A stretch of 64,000 bases of DNA from Candidatus Tanganyikabacteria bacterium. GTDB taxonomy: Bacteria; Cyanobacteriota; Sericytochromatia; S15B-MN24; VGJW01. The notes below the pieces were generated by a model. The model was not told the DNA's origin, did no database searches, and worked only from the letters and a program-made list of their open reading frames with translations. Positions 1 to 9,961 of this stretch are shown here, piece after piece. The translations under genes were made by a program, and so were the position numbers. The stretch is taken from contig VGJW01000008.1 of assembly GCA_016867265.1 (NCBI GenBank), positions 458 through 64,457 of the forward strand, in the 5' to 3' direction. Every line of letters starts with the position of its first letter. The first letter of the stretch is position 1.

Positions 1-60
1 GGCGAACCGGGAGGCGTAGCGGTTACGGGGAAAGCTCGAGCCCCACGCATCAATACCCTG

Positions 61-576
61 CTAAGGCGCAGGCCGCGTCAGCCAGGCATTGGCTCCGTCG
101 AACAGGGCCAGCCACGCTCCCTGCAACAAGACACCCGCACCATGGCCCTTGATCTGCTCGTCAGGCTGGGCCATCAGGGCGAGACCTGCGGCCATGTAGC
201 CCACGTCCAAGGCGGCGTTGACCAGGTACAGGTCGTGAAGCCAAGGCTTGTGACCGGGATCCGCGGGCAAGGCACGGCGCTTCTCGAAGTCCTGCACGGC
301 CCAGAGACCAATGCCCGCGTCGATCACTCCCCAGACGACCTGCTGGGTGGCGAAGGCCCGGGTCCAGGCGTCGGTAGGACGTGCAAGCAGGGCCGCACCC
401 GTACCGATCGACGCCAGACCCCAGCCGGTGGTCAGCGTCATCGCCTGCTGCTGCTGGTTCAACAAGGCCAAATCCGGCAGACCGACGGCGACGCTCGTAA
501 CCTCGGCCGCACGGACGGGGGGGGCGGCCAGCAGCCACGCCCCAAGCGCGACCGGCAACCAACGGACCCGGGACAT
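61..576 (-). CDS. hypothetical exported/membrane protein
   Basis: ORF 61..726 trimmed to internal ATG at 576, preceded by GGAGG on the minus strand. N-terminus MSRVRWLPVALGAWLLAAPPVRAA is signal-peptide-like. No recognisable family. Confidence 0.45.
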   Translation of the reverse strand: MSRVRWLPVALGAWLLAAPPVRAAEVTSVAVGLPDLALLNQQQQAMTLTTGWGLASIGTGAALLARPTDAWTRAFATQQVVWGVIDAGIGLWAVQDFEKRRALPADPGHKPWLHDLYLVNAALDVGYMAAGLALMAQPDEQIKGHGAGVLLQGAWLALFDGANAWLTRPAP

Positions 577-593
577 CAGCAACCTCCAGCCTG

Positions 594-1328
594 TCACTGC
601 TGGCCGTCCGAAGGGGGAGCCGCCAGGAAACCGGTTCCACCGGTACGTCCCTTCTTGCCCGTCAGTTCCTTCATCAGGCGAAAGAGCAGGTCGGCCCGCG
701 CCTGGGCTTGGTCGCGCACCTTGCACAGGCGCTCTCGCTCCGCCACCCGCGCCGATCGACGTTCCTGCAGGGCCAACGCCTCGAGCACTTCCGGCAGCGG
801 CTCGCCATCTGGTCCGGGGGGCAATGCGGGCACACGGACCGGTTCGTCTGCCAACTCCTCGGGCGCCATCGCCTCCTCGAAAGCCCGCAGGGCCTCCGTC
901 TGCAAGAGCACGGTCGCCACCTGATGATTCCGCTCGTCGGACACGACCTTGTACATGTATTTGGCGTCCTGAAACAGGCGGCTGGCCGTGGGGTCATCGA
1001 AGAACGCATCGAGGAAGGCGAGGCGCTCCTCGGAGGCCTCGTCGGGCGGGAGGCCATCTCCGGGGAAGACGTTCCCGGTACCCATCTGGGGCTTGGGTGT
1101 CGGCGGCACCACCAGTTGCTGGGTCACAGGTGCCGTGGACTTGGGGCGTGGCGCAGCGGCCGCGGCGGCCGACGGCTTGAAGACGTCCGTACCCGAGCGG
1201 ACAGGCCCCGTGCCGGGTCGCTGGACAACCGGCTGGGGGGTGGGTTCCGGCTGGGGCTTGGGCGTGGCAGCCATGTCCAGCAGGCGCCCGAGCAGGCCCT
1301 TCTTCGGAGATGCGTCGTCCTGTCCCAT
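594..1328 (-). CDS. proline-rich hypothetical protein
   Basis: 244-aa ORF with AGGAAAC RBS-like motif upstream of ATG. Pro/Ala-rich N-terminal half and acidic helical C-terminal half. Same strand and 17 bp from the downstream gene, so probable operon. Confidence 0.5.
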   Translation of the reverse strand: MGQDDASPKKGLLGRLLDMAATPKPQPEPTPQPVVQRPGTGPVRSGTDVFKPSAAAAAAPRPKSTAPVTQQLVVPPTPKPQMGTGNVFPGDGLPPDEASEERLAFLDAFFDDPTASRLFQDAKYMYKVVSDERNHQVATVLLQTEALRAFEEAMAPEELADEPVRVPALPPGPDGEPLPEVLEALALQERRSARVAERERLCKVRDQAQARADLLFRLMKELTGKKGRTGGTGFLAAPPSDGQQ

Positions 1329-1450
1329 AAGCGTTTCCTACCCTGACGACGCTTGCCTCTCCCGCCAAGTTACGGATTGGCGCCCCGCAGGGTAGGGAAA
1401 GAACAGGTCCGCGAACTTGGCGGTCCCCCTTCTTCCGAGGATTCCAGACC

Positions 1451-2833
1451 ATGTCGAGTGTGCCCAGCTTCAGCACCAGCACCGTGTCCATCTCGCCTTC
1501 GGTACAGGCCCGCCCCAAGGTGGAGGGCGGCGGGACGGGCGGCAATGCCGAGGCAAAGCCGGCGGCAGGGCAGCGGGACAACTCGTCCGCAACCAATGCC
1601 AAAACCGAGGACCTCTCGAAGACGGCCAAGCAGGAAACGAATCGCGAGGTCCAGCGCCTGTTGCAGCGGGCCGAGGACAACAAGGCTCGCAACCAGGCCA
1701 CCCCGGCTCAGGATGCAGCGGTTGCCGGTGGCTCCTACACCGTCAAGACGGGTGACACGCTCGGGGCCATCGCCAAGGCCAACAATGTCTCCATGGCCGA
1801 ACTCAAGCAACTCAACCCCGACCTGTTCAAGGACGGCAAGGATGCCAGTGGCAAGCGACGTGTCGCCTCGGGAGGCCTGATCTTCCCCGGGGACGTCATC
1901 AAGCTGCCCGCGAAGCAGGGCCAGAAGCCTGCCGAAAAGCCTCCCGCAACCGGAGGTGGCCAGACGCCCCCGGCCAGCCCGACCCCGCCGGCCGCAGGCG
2001 ATGAGCCGAAGAAGCCCGAGGTTCCCGAAGCACCCAAGGCCAGCCTGCCCGGGGACAAACTGGTGGGCGAGGCACTCAAGAACGGCAGCGTCGCTGGCAA
2101 ATGGACACTGACCGAGCAGAAGCAGGTGCTCGACTCCGTCAAGGCCCGTGTCGACGACCTGATGAGGACGGCGAACGACGATGCCAAGCCGGTCAACGAG
2201 CGCCTGAAGGCGACCAAGGAAGCGATCAAGCTGGCGGACGACATGCTCGGCATTGCCAACCGCAGCGGCAACTATGACTTGGCCGAAGAGCTCAAAGGCG
2301 TCCTCGACAAGGACGCCGCCGGCAAGCTGGCGGACAACCTGAAGGTCAAGGCCGGGGATGCCGACGCCGTCCGCTCGGCCGTCCGCGAGTTGGACCCCGG
2401 CAAGCCCGAACAGTTCAAGGCGCTGGCGGACCAGATCCGCAAGGACCAGCCGGCGCTCGCCGGGATGCTGGACACACTGGCCAACCCTGCCTTGTCCAAG
2501 GATGTGCGCGACGAGCTGATGCAGGCCGTCGAGGATGATCGCAACACGGCCAAGGACCTGCGGGATGCCGTCAAGGAGATCCGCAACCCCGCCGACGCGG
2601 CCGCCGTCGCCAGTATTGCCACGGCGCGTGGCCAGACGGCCTTCGCAGCCAACGTCAAGGCCGCTTCGGAAGCCACGTCCGAGGGCGTCCGCGAGAATCT
2701 GTACAAGGCGATCGGAGGCGGCACCTTCTGGACGTCGGACAAGGGCGCCCTCTCGGAAGCCCGCGACGAAGTCGTGACTGAAGCTGACCAGAAGGCTTTC
2801 GCGACGGTCGCCGCAAACTTGGGTGGCATCTAG
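1451..2833 (+). CDS. LysM domain-containing protein with long alpha-helical/coiled-coil C-terminal region
   Basis: LysM motif YTVKTGDTLGAIAKANNVSMAELKQLNPDL. GAGGA upstream of ATG. High third-position GC throughout. Confidence 0.75.
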   Translation: MSSVPSFSTSTVSISPSVQARPKVEGGGTGGNAEAKPAAGQRDNSSATNAKTEDLSKTAKQETNREVQRLLQRAEDNKARNQATPAQDAAVAGGSYTVKTGDTLGAIAKANNVSMAELKQLNPDLFKDGKDASGKRRVASGGLIFPGDVIKLPAKQGQKPAEKPPATGGGQTPPASPTPPAAGDEPKKPEVPEAPKASLPGDKLVGEALKNGSVAGKWTLTEQKQVLDSVKARVDDLMRTANDDAKPVNERLKATKEAIKLADDMLGIANRSGNYDLAEELKGVLDKDAAGKLADNLKVKAGDADAVRSAVRELDPGKPEQFKALADQIRKDQPALAGMLDTLANPALSKDVRDELMQAVEDDRNTAKDLRDAVKEIRNPADAAAVASIATARGQTAFAANVKAASEATSEGVRENLYKAIGGGTFWTSDKGALSEARDEVVTEADQKAFATVAANLGGI

Positions 2834-2844
2834 CCCGAAAGCCT

Positions 2845-2880
2845 GACGCCCGTCCCGCAAAGGCAGGGCGGGCGTCTTGT
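2845..2880. terminator. bidirectional intrinsic terminator-like hairpin between convergent genes
   Basis: GACGCCCGTCCCG-CAAAGG-CAGGGCGGGCGTC near-perfect inverted repeat followed by TTGTCTT. Sits between the LysM gene stop (2833) and the PLD-like gene stop (2883). Confidence 0.4.
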
Positions 2881-2882
2881 CT

Positions 2883-3977
2883 TCAGTCCGTCACCCAGGA
2901 CACGCCAGGAGGCAGCCAGGTCCAAGCGGCCGTGGGCGGCACGGGAGCAAAGGCGATCGAAGCCGACCAATCCTTCTCGAAGGTGCCGCGGACGGATCCG
3001 AGCAGATCCGCCTCATCGAGGATCAGGCCCACCTCGCGGTTGTTCTTGATCGAGTTGGTCGTGAGATTGACCGAACCCACGTAGAAGCGGTTGTCCGCGG
3101 AGACCATCTTGGCGTGGATGACGGGTTCGGCGATCCAGCGAGCATCGATGCCCAGTTCCTTGAGGCGGGCGGCAGCCGTTGCGTTACCCGGGATATGTTG
3201 CGGATCGCCCATCAGGACGCGGACCTTGACCCCGGCCTTGGCGCGCTCACCCAGCGCAACAAAGGTTGCCTCGTCGTACATCACCTCGTCGTAGACCTCA
3301 ATGGCCTGCCGCGCGCTACCGATCAGCTCCTGCAAGCGCGACTCGGCGTTGATCGGGCTCACGACCAGCCGGGGCGAACTGGGTGCCCAAGGCTTGTGGG
3401 TCCAGTCGGCATCAAAGAGGGCGTTCATGTCACGCACGTCCTCGGCGCGGGTGTCCACGACGCCAAACTCACGGTTGCGGGTCATGCCCGACTTGGACAT
3501 GTTGGCCGTCAGAATCCACGCCTTGGCCCGGTCGACGATCATGAACTTGCTGTGGGTGAAACGGAACCGGGGATCGCTCCACGCCACCATCACCTTGGTC
3601 CCCGTCAGCTTCTTGAGCGTCTCCTTGTTGATGGGCAGGGGGCTGTTGGGGTTGGACGGGTTGTAGGGAGCCGGATCCAGCATCAGGCGGACGCGAACAC
3701 CCCGCTCGGCCGCGTCGGCAAGCGCCCGGATGATGTCCTCGTTCGAGAGGATATAGACTTGGACATCGATGGTCCGGCGCGCAGACGCGATGGCCTCGAT
3801 CATCGGGGCGACGCCCACCTCGGGCCAAACGAGCAGGCGAGTGTCGCGGGCACGGGCCGCCGCCTCCACGGTGGCCGTGGAGGTTCTGACGGCTGGACCG
3901 AGGGCTCCGCAAGCCGTCAGGGACAGGGCCGCCGCCAGCAGCATGAAGTGACGCGAGGCGCGAATCACGAGGACCAC
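2883..3977 (-). CDS. phospholipase D-like (two HKD motifs) lipoprotein
   Basis: Two HxK(x4)D motifs (THSKFMIVD and IHAKMVSADNRFYVGSVNLT). Lipoprotein signal MVLVIRASRHFMLLAAALSLTACG. GTG start with GGAAGGTGG RBS. Confidence 0.8.
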   Translation of the reverse strand: MVLVIRASRHFMLLAAALSLTACGALGPAVRTSTATVEAAARARDTRLLVWPEVGVAPMIEAIASARRTIDVQVYILSNEDIIRALADAAERGVRVRLMLDPAPYNPSNPNSPLPINKETLKKLTGTKVMVAWSDPRFRFTHSKFMIVDRAKAWILTANMSKSGMTRNREFGVVDTRAEDVRDMNALFDADWTHKPWAPSSPRLVVSPINAESRLQELIGSARQAIEVYDEVMYDEATFVALGERAKAGVKVRVLMGDPQHIPGNATAAARLKELGIDARWIAEPVIHAKMVSADNRFYVGSVNLTTNSIKNNREVGLILDEADLLGSVRGTFEKDWSASIAFAPVPPTAAWTWLPPGVSWVTD

Positions 3978-3992
3978 CTTCCGAAAAGTTAA

Positions 3993-4016
3993 AAACCCAC
4001 CAAAAGGGTTATCGTC
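3993..4016 (-). terminator. intrinsic terminator-like hairpin downstream of the lytic transglycosylase gene
   Basis: On the minus strand AACCC-TTTTGGT-GGGTT followed by TTTAACTTTT, inside an unusually AT-rich spacer for this genome. Confidence 0.4.
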
Positions 4017-4040
4017 AGCTCAAGACCTTTTCTTGCTTCC

Positions 4041-4639
4041 TTAAGCTTGCAAGGTGGTCATGATCTTGCGGACATACTGCCGCGTCTCGGCATACGGAGG
4101 AATGCCCCCGTGGGCGCGAACTGCGCCGGGGCCTGCATTGTAAGCGGCAAGCGCCTTGCGAAGGTCCCCGCCGAAAGTGTCGAGCTGCTCCTTGAGGTAA
4201 CGCGCCCCGCCCACCAACTGCTGCCAGGGGTCGCGGAGGTTCGTCACGCCCACGGACCTGGCCGTCGCCGGCATCAACTGCGTCAGGCCACGCGCCCCGA
4301 CGCCGGACCGCGCCCCGGCATTGCCGGCCGACTCAGCCTGCACGAGGGCGCCGAGGACCCTGGGCGAGATACCGACCGTCCGCGCCGCCTTCTCGATCAT
4401 GGGCCACCAGCGCCGGACGGCGGGCGTCAGCGAGGCCGAGGGCCTTGTCGTCACGGCTTGGGCAGCAGGCTTGGTCGGCGGACGGTTGCCGGGCACCGTC
4501 CTCAGGTTCAGGACGTGACCCGGATGGATGACGTGCTTGTTGCGAATCCGGGGATTGGCTCCAGCAATTGTTCCAACGTCATGCCGTGACGGCGGGCCAA
4601 GCTGAAGAGTGTGTCACCCTTGGCGATTCGTACCTGCAT
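4041..4639 (-). pseudogene. LysM + SLT-domain lytic transglycosylase interrupted by a +/-1 frameshift
   Basis: ORF 4508..4717 encodes a LysM N-terminal half (MQVRIAKGDTLFSLARRHGMTLEQLLE). The other frame upstream of ORF 4041..4496 encodes the LysM C-terminal consensus (ANPRIRNKHVIHPGHVLNL). It runs into the SLT catalytic region (VQAESAGNAGARSGVGARGLTQLMPATA ... AYNAGPGAV). The frames meet at plus-strand 4557-4562 (GGCTCC), and one missing G restores a single LysM-SLT protein. Start ATG 4639 has an AAAGGCGGGAG RBS. Confidence 0.55.
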
Positions 4640-4791
4640 GGGGAGCTCCCGCCTTTGATGCCGGACAAGACCCCCTTCGGGGATTTCACCTCCGGCAAGG
4701 CTTGATTTCACGCACACTAAAAAATCCTTTGGTCCCTGGTTGGCATGACGACCGGGCAGGGTATGGTCAAAGCCATGAGGTCATATGCCTG

Positions 4792-5277
4792 ATGGTCGAT
4801 TGGCTGCACAACGCGCAGGCGTGGCTGGCGCTCGCCGCCGTACTTCTGCTTGCGGAAATCCTGACCACCACGTTCTTCCTGGCCTGCCTGGCCCTGGGGG
4901 CGCTCGCCGCCGCAGGGTCGATTGCGCTGGGCCATGCGGGACAGGAAGCGCTGGTCGCCTTTTCGGTCGCAAGCGTTCTCTCGATGCTGGCCCTGCGCCC
5001 CTTCATGCTCAAGATGCTGCGACCGGCTAGCGAGGTCCGCACGAACGCGGCAGCCATCATCGGCCAGGAAGGCCGCGTCACCGTTGCCATCCGGCCCGAC
5101 ATGGATGAAGGCCGGGTCCAGGTGGGCGGGGAGGACTGGTGGGCGGTTTCGTCGAATGGCGAACCCATCGCGGTGGACTGCCGCATCCTGGTGCTGGCGG
5201 TCGACGGCAGCAAACTGACGGTGCGCCCGTCGGATGACCCCTCGCCCCCACTCGTACCCCCCGGACAAGGAGCTTGA
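4792..5277 (+). CDS. NfeD-family membrane protein (partner of SPFH/stomatin)
   Basis: Hydrophobic N-terminal TM segments and a C-terminal OB-fold-like region (VTVAIRPDMDEGRVQVGGEDWWAV). Ends 3 bp before the SPFH gene. Start chosen at ATG 4792 inside the longer ORF 4609..5277. Confidence 0.7.
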   Translation: MVDWLHNAQAWLALAAVLLLAEILTTTFFLACLALGALAAAGSIALGHAGQEALVAFSVASVLSMLALRPFMLKMLRPASEVRTNAAAIIGQEGRVTVAIRPDMDEGRVQVGGEDWWAVSSNGEPIAVDCRILVLAVDGSKLTVRPSDDPSPPLVPPGQGA

Positions 5278-5280
5278 TTC

Positions 5281-6276
5281 GTGGAAAGCATGTTTCCCCT
5301 GCTGCTGTTGGCACTGATTGCGATTGCACTCATCAGCAAGGCGATCGTCATCGTCAAGCAGAGCGAGGCCATCGTCGTGGAGCGACTGGGCTCCTACCAC
5401 CGCACCCTCTCCTCGGGACCCAACATCATCTGGCCCATCATCGACATCCCCAGGGAAGTGGAGTGGCGTTACAACGTCGAGAACAGCAAGGGCCGCCAAG
5501 CCGTCGTCCAGCAGAAGGTCCTGCGCATCGACCTGCGTGAGACGGTCTTCGACTTTCCCCGGCAGAACGTCATCACCAGGGACAACGTCGTCGTCGACAT
5601 CAGCGCCTTGCTGTACTTCCAGGTGACGGACCCCGTGAAGGTCATCTATGAAATCGCCAACCTGCCCGACGCCATCGAGAAGTTGACGCAGACCTCGTTG
5701 CGCAACGTCATCGGCGAATTGGACCTCGACGAGACGCTGACCAGTCGCGACACGATCAACAGCAAGCTGCGCTCGATCCTCGACCAAGCCACGCACAAGT
5801 GGGGCATCAAGGTCACCCGCGTCGAACTTCAGGACATCACGCCTCCCCTCGAGATCAAGGGGGCGATGGAGAAGCAGATGCGGGCCGAGCGGGATCGCCG
5901 GGCCGCCATCCTGGAGGCCGAAGGCCAGAAGCAGGCGCGCATCCTCGAGTCGGAAGGCATCAAGGATGCCCAGATCAACCAAGCCGAGGGCGACAAGCAG
6001 GCCCGCATCATGTCCGCCGAAGCCGAGGCGCAGGCGCGTCTGCGCGTCGCAGAGGCCGAGGGCCAGGCCATCTTGCGAATTGCCGAGGCCGTGCGCATCG
6101 CGGGCGGTGATCCTACGGCCTACCTGCTGGGAATCCGCTACATCGATGCCTTCCGGGAGATCAACGCCGGCAGCGACACCAAGACCATCTACATGCCCTA
6201 CGAGGCCTCGGCGATGCTGGGTGCGCTGGGTGGACTGACCCAAATGATGGGCAAGGGCGCAAACTCAGACACGTGA
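5281..6276 (+). CDS. SPFH/band-7 (stomatin/QmcA-like) protein
   Basis: N-terminal TM segment followed by the SPFH core (VKQSEAIVVERLGSYHRTL ... ITRDNVVVDISALLYFQVTDP) and a coiled-coil EAEGQ repeat tail. AAGGAG 10 nt upstream of GTG 5281. Confidence 0.9.
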   Translation: MESMFPLLLLALIAIALISKAIVIVKQSEAIVVERLGSYHRTLSSGPNIIWPIIDIPREVEWRYNVENSKGRQAVVQQKVLRIDLRETVFDFPRQNVITRDNVVVDISALLYFQVTDPVKVIYEIANLPDAIEKLTQTSLRNVIGELDLDETLTSRDTINSKLRSILDQATHKWGIKVTRVELQDITPPLEIKGAMEKQMRAERDRRAAILEAEGQKQARILESEGIKDAQINQAEGDKQARIMSAEAEAQARLRVAEAEGQAILRIAEAVRIAGGDPTAYLLGIRYIDAFREINAGSDTKTIYMPYEASAMLGALGGLTQMMGKGANSDT

Positions 6277-6335
6277 TGTCTGGCACAGCCGGAGAAACAC
6301 CGCGACAATTTGGAACCACGGGGTAAGGGTAAATT

Positions 6336-7397
6336 ATGTTGCCCGTGAGTCCCATCATCGGCAGGCGCCTGCCTGCGTTCTTGGTGACGCTCCTGCTGGC
6401 CCTCGTGCAACCGGCATGCACGAGGGTGGTGCCTGTAGCGGGCGTGCCTGCGCCTGCCTCCCACACGGGGAGGCTTGAAGGCGAAATCCGTTTCGGAGGC
6501 GCACGGTCGACGCAAGCCTACGGCGTCCGGGATGTCGCCGTCGCCGCCACCGTCTCGATCATCGACATGACGACGAGCGAGACCATCGCCACGACTCTGA
6601 CGGATGCCAGTGCGCGATTCAATTTTGCAGCGGATGTCACGGGCAAGCTTGCCGTCGAGACACCGTACATCCTCGAGGCCATCAAGGGCCTGTCGGCCAA
6701 CAGGCCTGGCGTCGCGGCCGTCCGGGTCAGGACCGTCTTCCTCAAGGCCACCACCGGCTTCTACTCGATGAGCCAGAACGGCATCACCATCACGCCGGGT
6801 ACGACCGCCGCCTCGATCATTGCCAGCTTCGAAGGCATGGACGGACGCTTGCTCATCGACCTGTTCGCCGATGACGGCTTCAACCTCATTCTCTTGGCCA
6901 AGGACGCCATCGGCATGACACAGACCAAGTTCGATCTCGTCGACGGCCTTGCCCGACAGGCCATGAGCGAGGACAGGGATCCCGTCGAGGCCATCATCCG
7001 TGATGCAGGAGTCTACAAGCTCAAGGGCGGCGCGGCCTCGGCCGTCAATGAGCTGCGTCTCCTCGCCATGTCGCCCAACCCCGCCCCCGAAGGCGGCATC
7101 GTGACTCTTCTAGGCACCAAGCTGCAGGAAAACGGCAATCGGACAACCGTCAAATTCGGCACCTTGGTGGCGCCCGTTCTCGAGGCAGTCCCCAACGGTA
7201 TCAAGGTGCGCGTCCCGGCCGGGGCCGTCACGGGCACCTTGTCGGCTGTCAATGCCTCGGGCACTGCCACCATGAGCATCAACATCATCCCACCCGTGGC
7301 CGGGCAGAACACGCCGACAGGTGATGGCAGCCGGTTGCCCGGTGGTCAATTGTCCGGCAACGTGCCGCCCGCGATGGGTGGAGCCTTCGAGCCCTGA
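6336..7397 (+). CDS. secreted protein with C-terminal IPT/TIG-like domain
   Basis: Signal peptide MLPVSPIIGRRLPAFLVTLLLALVQPACT. C-terminal IPT-like segment (IVTLLGTKLQENGNRTTVKFGTLVAPVLEAVPNGIKVRVPAGAVTGTLSAVNASG). Confidence 0.6.
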   Translation: MLPVSPIIGRRLPAFLVTLLLALVQPACTRVVPVAGVPAPASHTGRLEGEIRFGGARSTQAYGVRDVAVAATVSIIDMTTSETIATTLTDASARFNFAADVTGKLAVETPYILEAIKGLSANRPGVAAVRVRTVFLKATTGFYSMSQNGITITPGTTAASIIASFEGMDGRLLIDLFADDGFNLILLAKDAIGMTQTKFDLVDGLARQAMSEDRDPVEAIIRDAGVYKLKGGAASAVNELRLLAMSPNPAPEGGIVTLLGTKLQENGNRTTVKFGTLVAPVLEAVPNGIKVRVPAGAVTGTLSAVNASGTATMSINIIPPVAGQNTPTGDGSRLPGGQLSGNVPPAMGGAFEP

Positions 7398-7420
7398 TTC
7401 TGGAAGCAGGAGAATCAATC

Positions 7421-9937
7421 GTGCAAGACCCGACGCAGGCAACTCGCCACCCGGCGAGGTTCTTCAGGTTCGCCGTTGCTGGCGCCCTGGCGCTGGTGCT
7501 GGGTTGCCAGCAGATGGTCCAGCGGGGTGAACCCGCCAGCACCGGGAATCCGGTGACGGCAGGACAGGCTCCGGATGTCCAGGTGGCAGCCATGGCCCCC
7601 AAGCCAGCCCAGCCCGGCCAGCTGACCTCGGCCGAATTCCTCAAGCAGTGGCGGGAACAGAAGATCGGCGACCTCGATGGCAGCGTCGATGTCACGGCTG
7701 AGGTCGGCAGGAAGATCCAGGCCTCGGTGGCCGAGGTCGTGTCCTTCGCGACCATCTCGCTGATTGATGCCGAGAGCAATTCGGCCGCCGCGAGCACCGT
7801 CTCAAATGGCCGGGGCCAATTCACGCTTTCGATGAACGGCTTCATCCCCGATACGGGCCGCGCCTACTATCTGGAAGCTTCCAAGGGCCTGAACGGCCAT
7901 ATGCCGGGCAGCCCGGTCGTGCGGTTCCGCACCCTCGTCCGCTGGAACGGATCGAGCTGGGAATCGCTGTCCGGCAGCACCATCAGCATCAGCTCCCTCA
8001 CGACGGCCGTCTCCATCGCGGCCCAGCTGGCACCATCCACCTTCGACCCGGCGACGCTGATGAACAAGATCAATGCCTCGGTCAAGCCGCCCATCCTGAA
8101 CCGGGCGCCTGCCGCGCCGACGGGTTTCACCGATGCCCAGATTCTTGGGCTGGCCACGGACGTGCTGGCCTTCCTGACGGCCAATATGGACCCCATCGGC
8201 GCCCTGTCGGACGTGGCGCCCGCCATCACCTACCAGAGCACCGACTCGGCACGGCCCGGCCAGACGATCGAAATCCGGGGCAAGGGCTTCAGCCCGACGG
8301 CCACGCAAAACCTCGTGACGTTTGGTGGCAGTTCGCCCGGTGCCATCCTGGCCGGCGGAACCGAGCGCCTGTTCGTCATCGTGCCCGCGGACGCCGCGAC
8401 GGGTTCGCTCGTCGTGACGACGCCCCGGGGAGCGGTCACAGGCATGACGTTCTATGCAGGCCGAGCCAATCCGGTCTTCAAGATTTCGCGGTGGTTCCCG
8501 GCGGCAACCTTCTACCAGCCCGGAGAGGAAGTGACGCTGCTGGGCTTCGGGTTCTCGAACGTCCCGTCGGGCAACACAGTTGTCGTGGGTAACGTCACGA
8601 CGACGCCCTCCACGTGCGACGAGCAATTTCTCGTCTTCAAGGTGCCTGAAGATGCAACGAAGGGACCCATCAGTGTCCGGACCAGCGCGGGCAACAGCAA
8701 TGAGCTCAATATCAAAATCGAGTTCAGACCTGTCATCAAGGACTGGTTTCCGAGGGCTGGTGCCCCGCGAGGGGAACTCCAGATAACCGGCACGAACTTC
8801 GGCAAAGAACGGGGAACTCTGACCATTGGCAATACGGAGGCGAGCATCCTCGCGTGGACAGACACCGAAATATCGGCAGCGGTGGCGAACGGCAGCATTA
8901 CGGGAGACCTGACAGTTACCCGGAAGACTGGTGGGGCGACCAGCCCTGGCCGATTCACGGTGCTGAGCGGCACTATTTCCAGCTGGCAGTCCTCGACGAC
9001 GACAAACCAGTCCCATCAAGGGGGAATCATCGCCCGGAAGGGGAGATTCCTCTACGCGGCTGGAGGGTATTCAAACAGCAACGGATATAACAGCAGTGTC
9101 GAGCGTTGCACCTTGAGCGATGATGGTTCCTTGGGTGGATGGTCTGTCATGAGTGGCGTCAGTCAAGGCTGGACCTGGAATATGTATGGTGGCGAAGGCC
9201 CCAGCAACCAAGCACAAGTGATTGGTAACTATTTTTACGCTTATGCTGGTTATAATCCGGGCGGCTACGGATATAACGCGGTAAATAGAGCCCAGATTCT
9301 TGACAACGGCGACTTTGCCGGCAACTTCTCGCCTTCCGGCATCACGATGTCCCAGAACATCTACTATGTTGGCTATTTCAGGCGCATCCGAAACTATGTC
9401 TATAGCTTTGGCGGCTACTGGAATACGGACATCATACAGTCCGCAGCAATAAATGCCGATGGAAGCCTTCAGCCCTTCCAAAATGTCTCGCGGTTGCCTT
9501 CCGCCATCTATGGTGGCCACTTTGTCACGGCTGGACGGTATATCTATTGCCTTGCCGGCTACAGACCCTGGGACCACGGACACTACGGCTGGATGTATCG
9601 GGCGGAAATCGACCAGAACGGGGCCATCACGAACGGATTCCAGTACTTGTCACGCTCAACACCTTGCAACGTTTACGCAGGAAACACGGCAGTCATCGGT
9701 AACTACATCTACCTTTTCGAAGGCTACGACAACAACTGCACCGGATCTTGGAACCAGGGATACGTCTTCCGGGCGCCCTTGGACGCTAACGACAACCTTG
9801 GAAACTGGCAACAGGTGGGCTCCATGCCTGCAGGGACACACTATCCGAACTACGCTATCGTAGGAAATAAAATTCATATGTGGGGCCACTACGCGAACGC
9901 TCACTACGGAACTATCTTTACAGGCACTATCAACTAA
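7421..9937 (+). CDS. secreted multi-IPT/TIG protein with C-terminal Kelch-like beta-propeller
   Basis: GTG start with AGGAG RBS and a signal/lipobox LALVLGCQQ. Three IPT-like repeats (TIEIRGKGFSP.., EVTLLGFGFSNVP.., ELQITGTNFGKERG..). C-terminal repeats of aromatic Kelch-like blades (FLYAAGGY, YFYAYAGYNPGGYGYN, YVYSFGGYWN, YIYCLAGY, YIYLFEGYDNN). Confidence 0.7.
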   Translation: MQDPTQATRHPARFFRFAVAGALALVLGCQQMVQRGEPASTGNPVTAGQAPDVQVAAMAPKPAQPGQLTSAEFLKQWREQKIGDLDGSVDVTAEVGRKIQASVAEVVSFATISLIDAESNSAAASTVSNGRGQFTLSMNGFIPDTGRAYYLEASKGLNGHMPGSPVVRFRTLVRWNGSSWESLSGSTISISSLTTAVSIAAQLAPSTFDPATLMNKINASVKPPILNRAPAAPTGFTDAQILGLATDVLAFLTANMDPIGALSDVAPAITYQSTDSARPGQTIEIRGKGFSPTATQNLVTFGGSSPGAILAGGTERLFVIVPADAATGSLVVTTPRGAVTGMTFYAGRANPVFKISRWFPAATFYQPGEEVTLLGFGFSNVPSGNTVVVGNVTTTPSTCDEQFLVFKVPEDATKGPISVRTSAGNSNELNIKIEFRPVIKDWFPRAGAPRGELQITGTNFGKERGTLTIGNTEASILAWTDTEISAAVANGSITGDLTVTRKTGGATSPGRFTVLSGTISSWQSSTTTNQSHQGGIIARKGRFLYAAGGYSNSNGYNSSVERCTLSDDGSLGGWSVMSGVSQGWTWNMYGGEGPSNQAQVIGNYFYAYAGYNPGGYGYNAVNRAQILDNGDFAGNFSPSGITMSQNIYYVGYFRRIRNYVYSFGGYWNTDIIQSAAINADGSLQPFQNVSRLPSAIYGGHFVTAGRYIYCLAGYRPWDHGHYGWMYRAEIDQNGAITNGFQYLSRSTPCNVYAGNTAVIGNYIYLFEGYDNNCTGSWNQGYVFRAPLDANDNLGNWQQVGSMPAGTHYPNYAIVGNKIHMWGHYANAHYGTIFTGTIN

Positions 9938-9961
9938 ACCCCAAGGAAGGCAAGACACCCG

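Noticed and set aside
1370-2860. 496-aa antisense ORF opposite the LysM gene, and similar long antisense ORFs (4717..6243, 7802..9019, 19372..20670, 28920..29533, 31614..33281, 40122..40982, 48320..49564, 49631..51952, 53300..55642)
   Set aside because: These are stop-codon-poor shadow frames typical of high-GC DNA. Their translations are Arg/Gly/Pro-rich with no motifs, and they lie opposite genes with strong domain evidence.
3978-4040. AT-rich 63-bp island as a possible mobile-element end or att site
   Set aside because: No flanking direct repeats, integrase or transposase are present. It is more simply explained as a terminator for the SLT gene plus promoter/RBS for the PLD-like gene.
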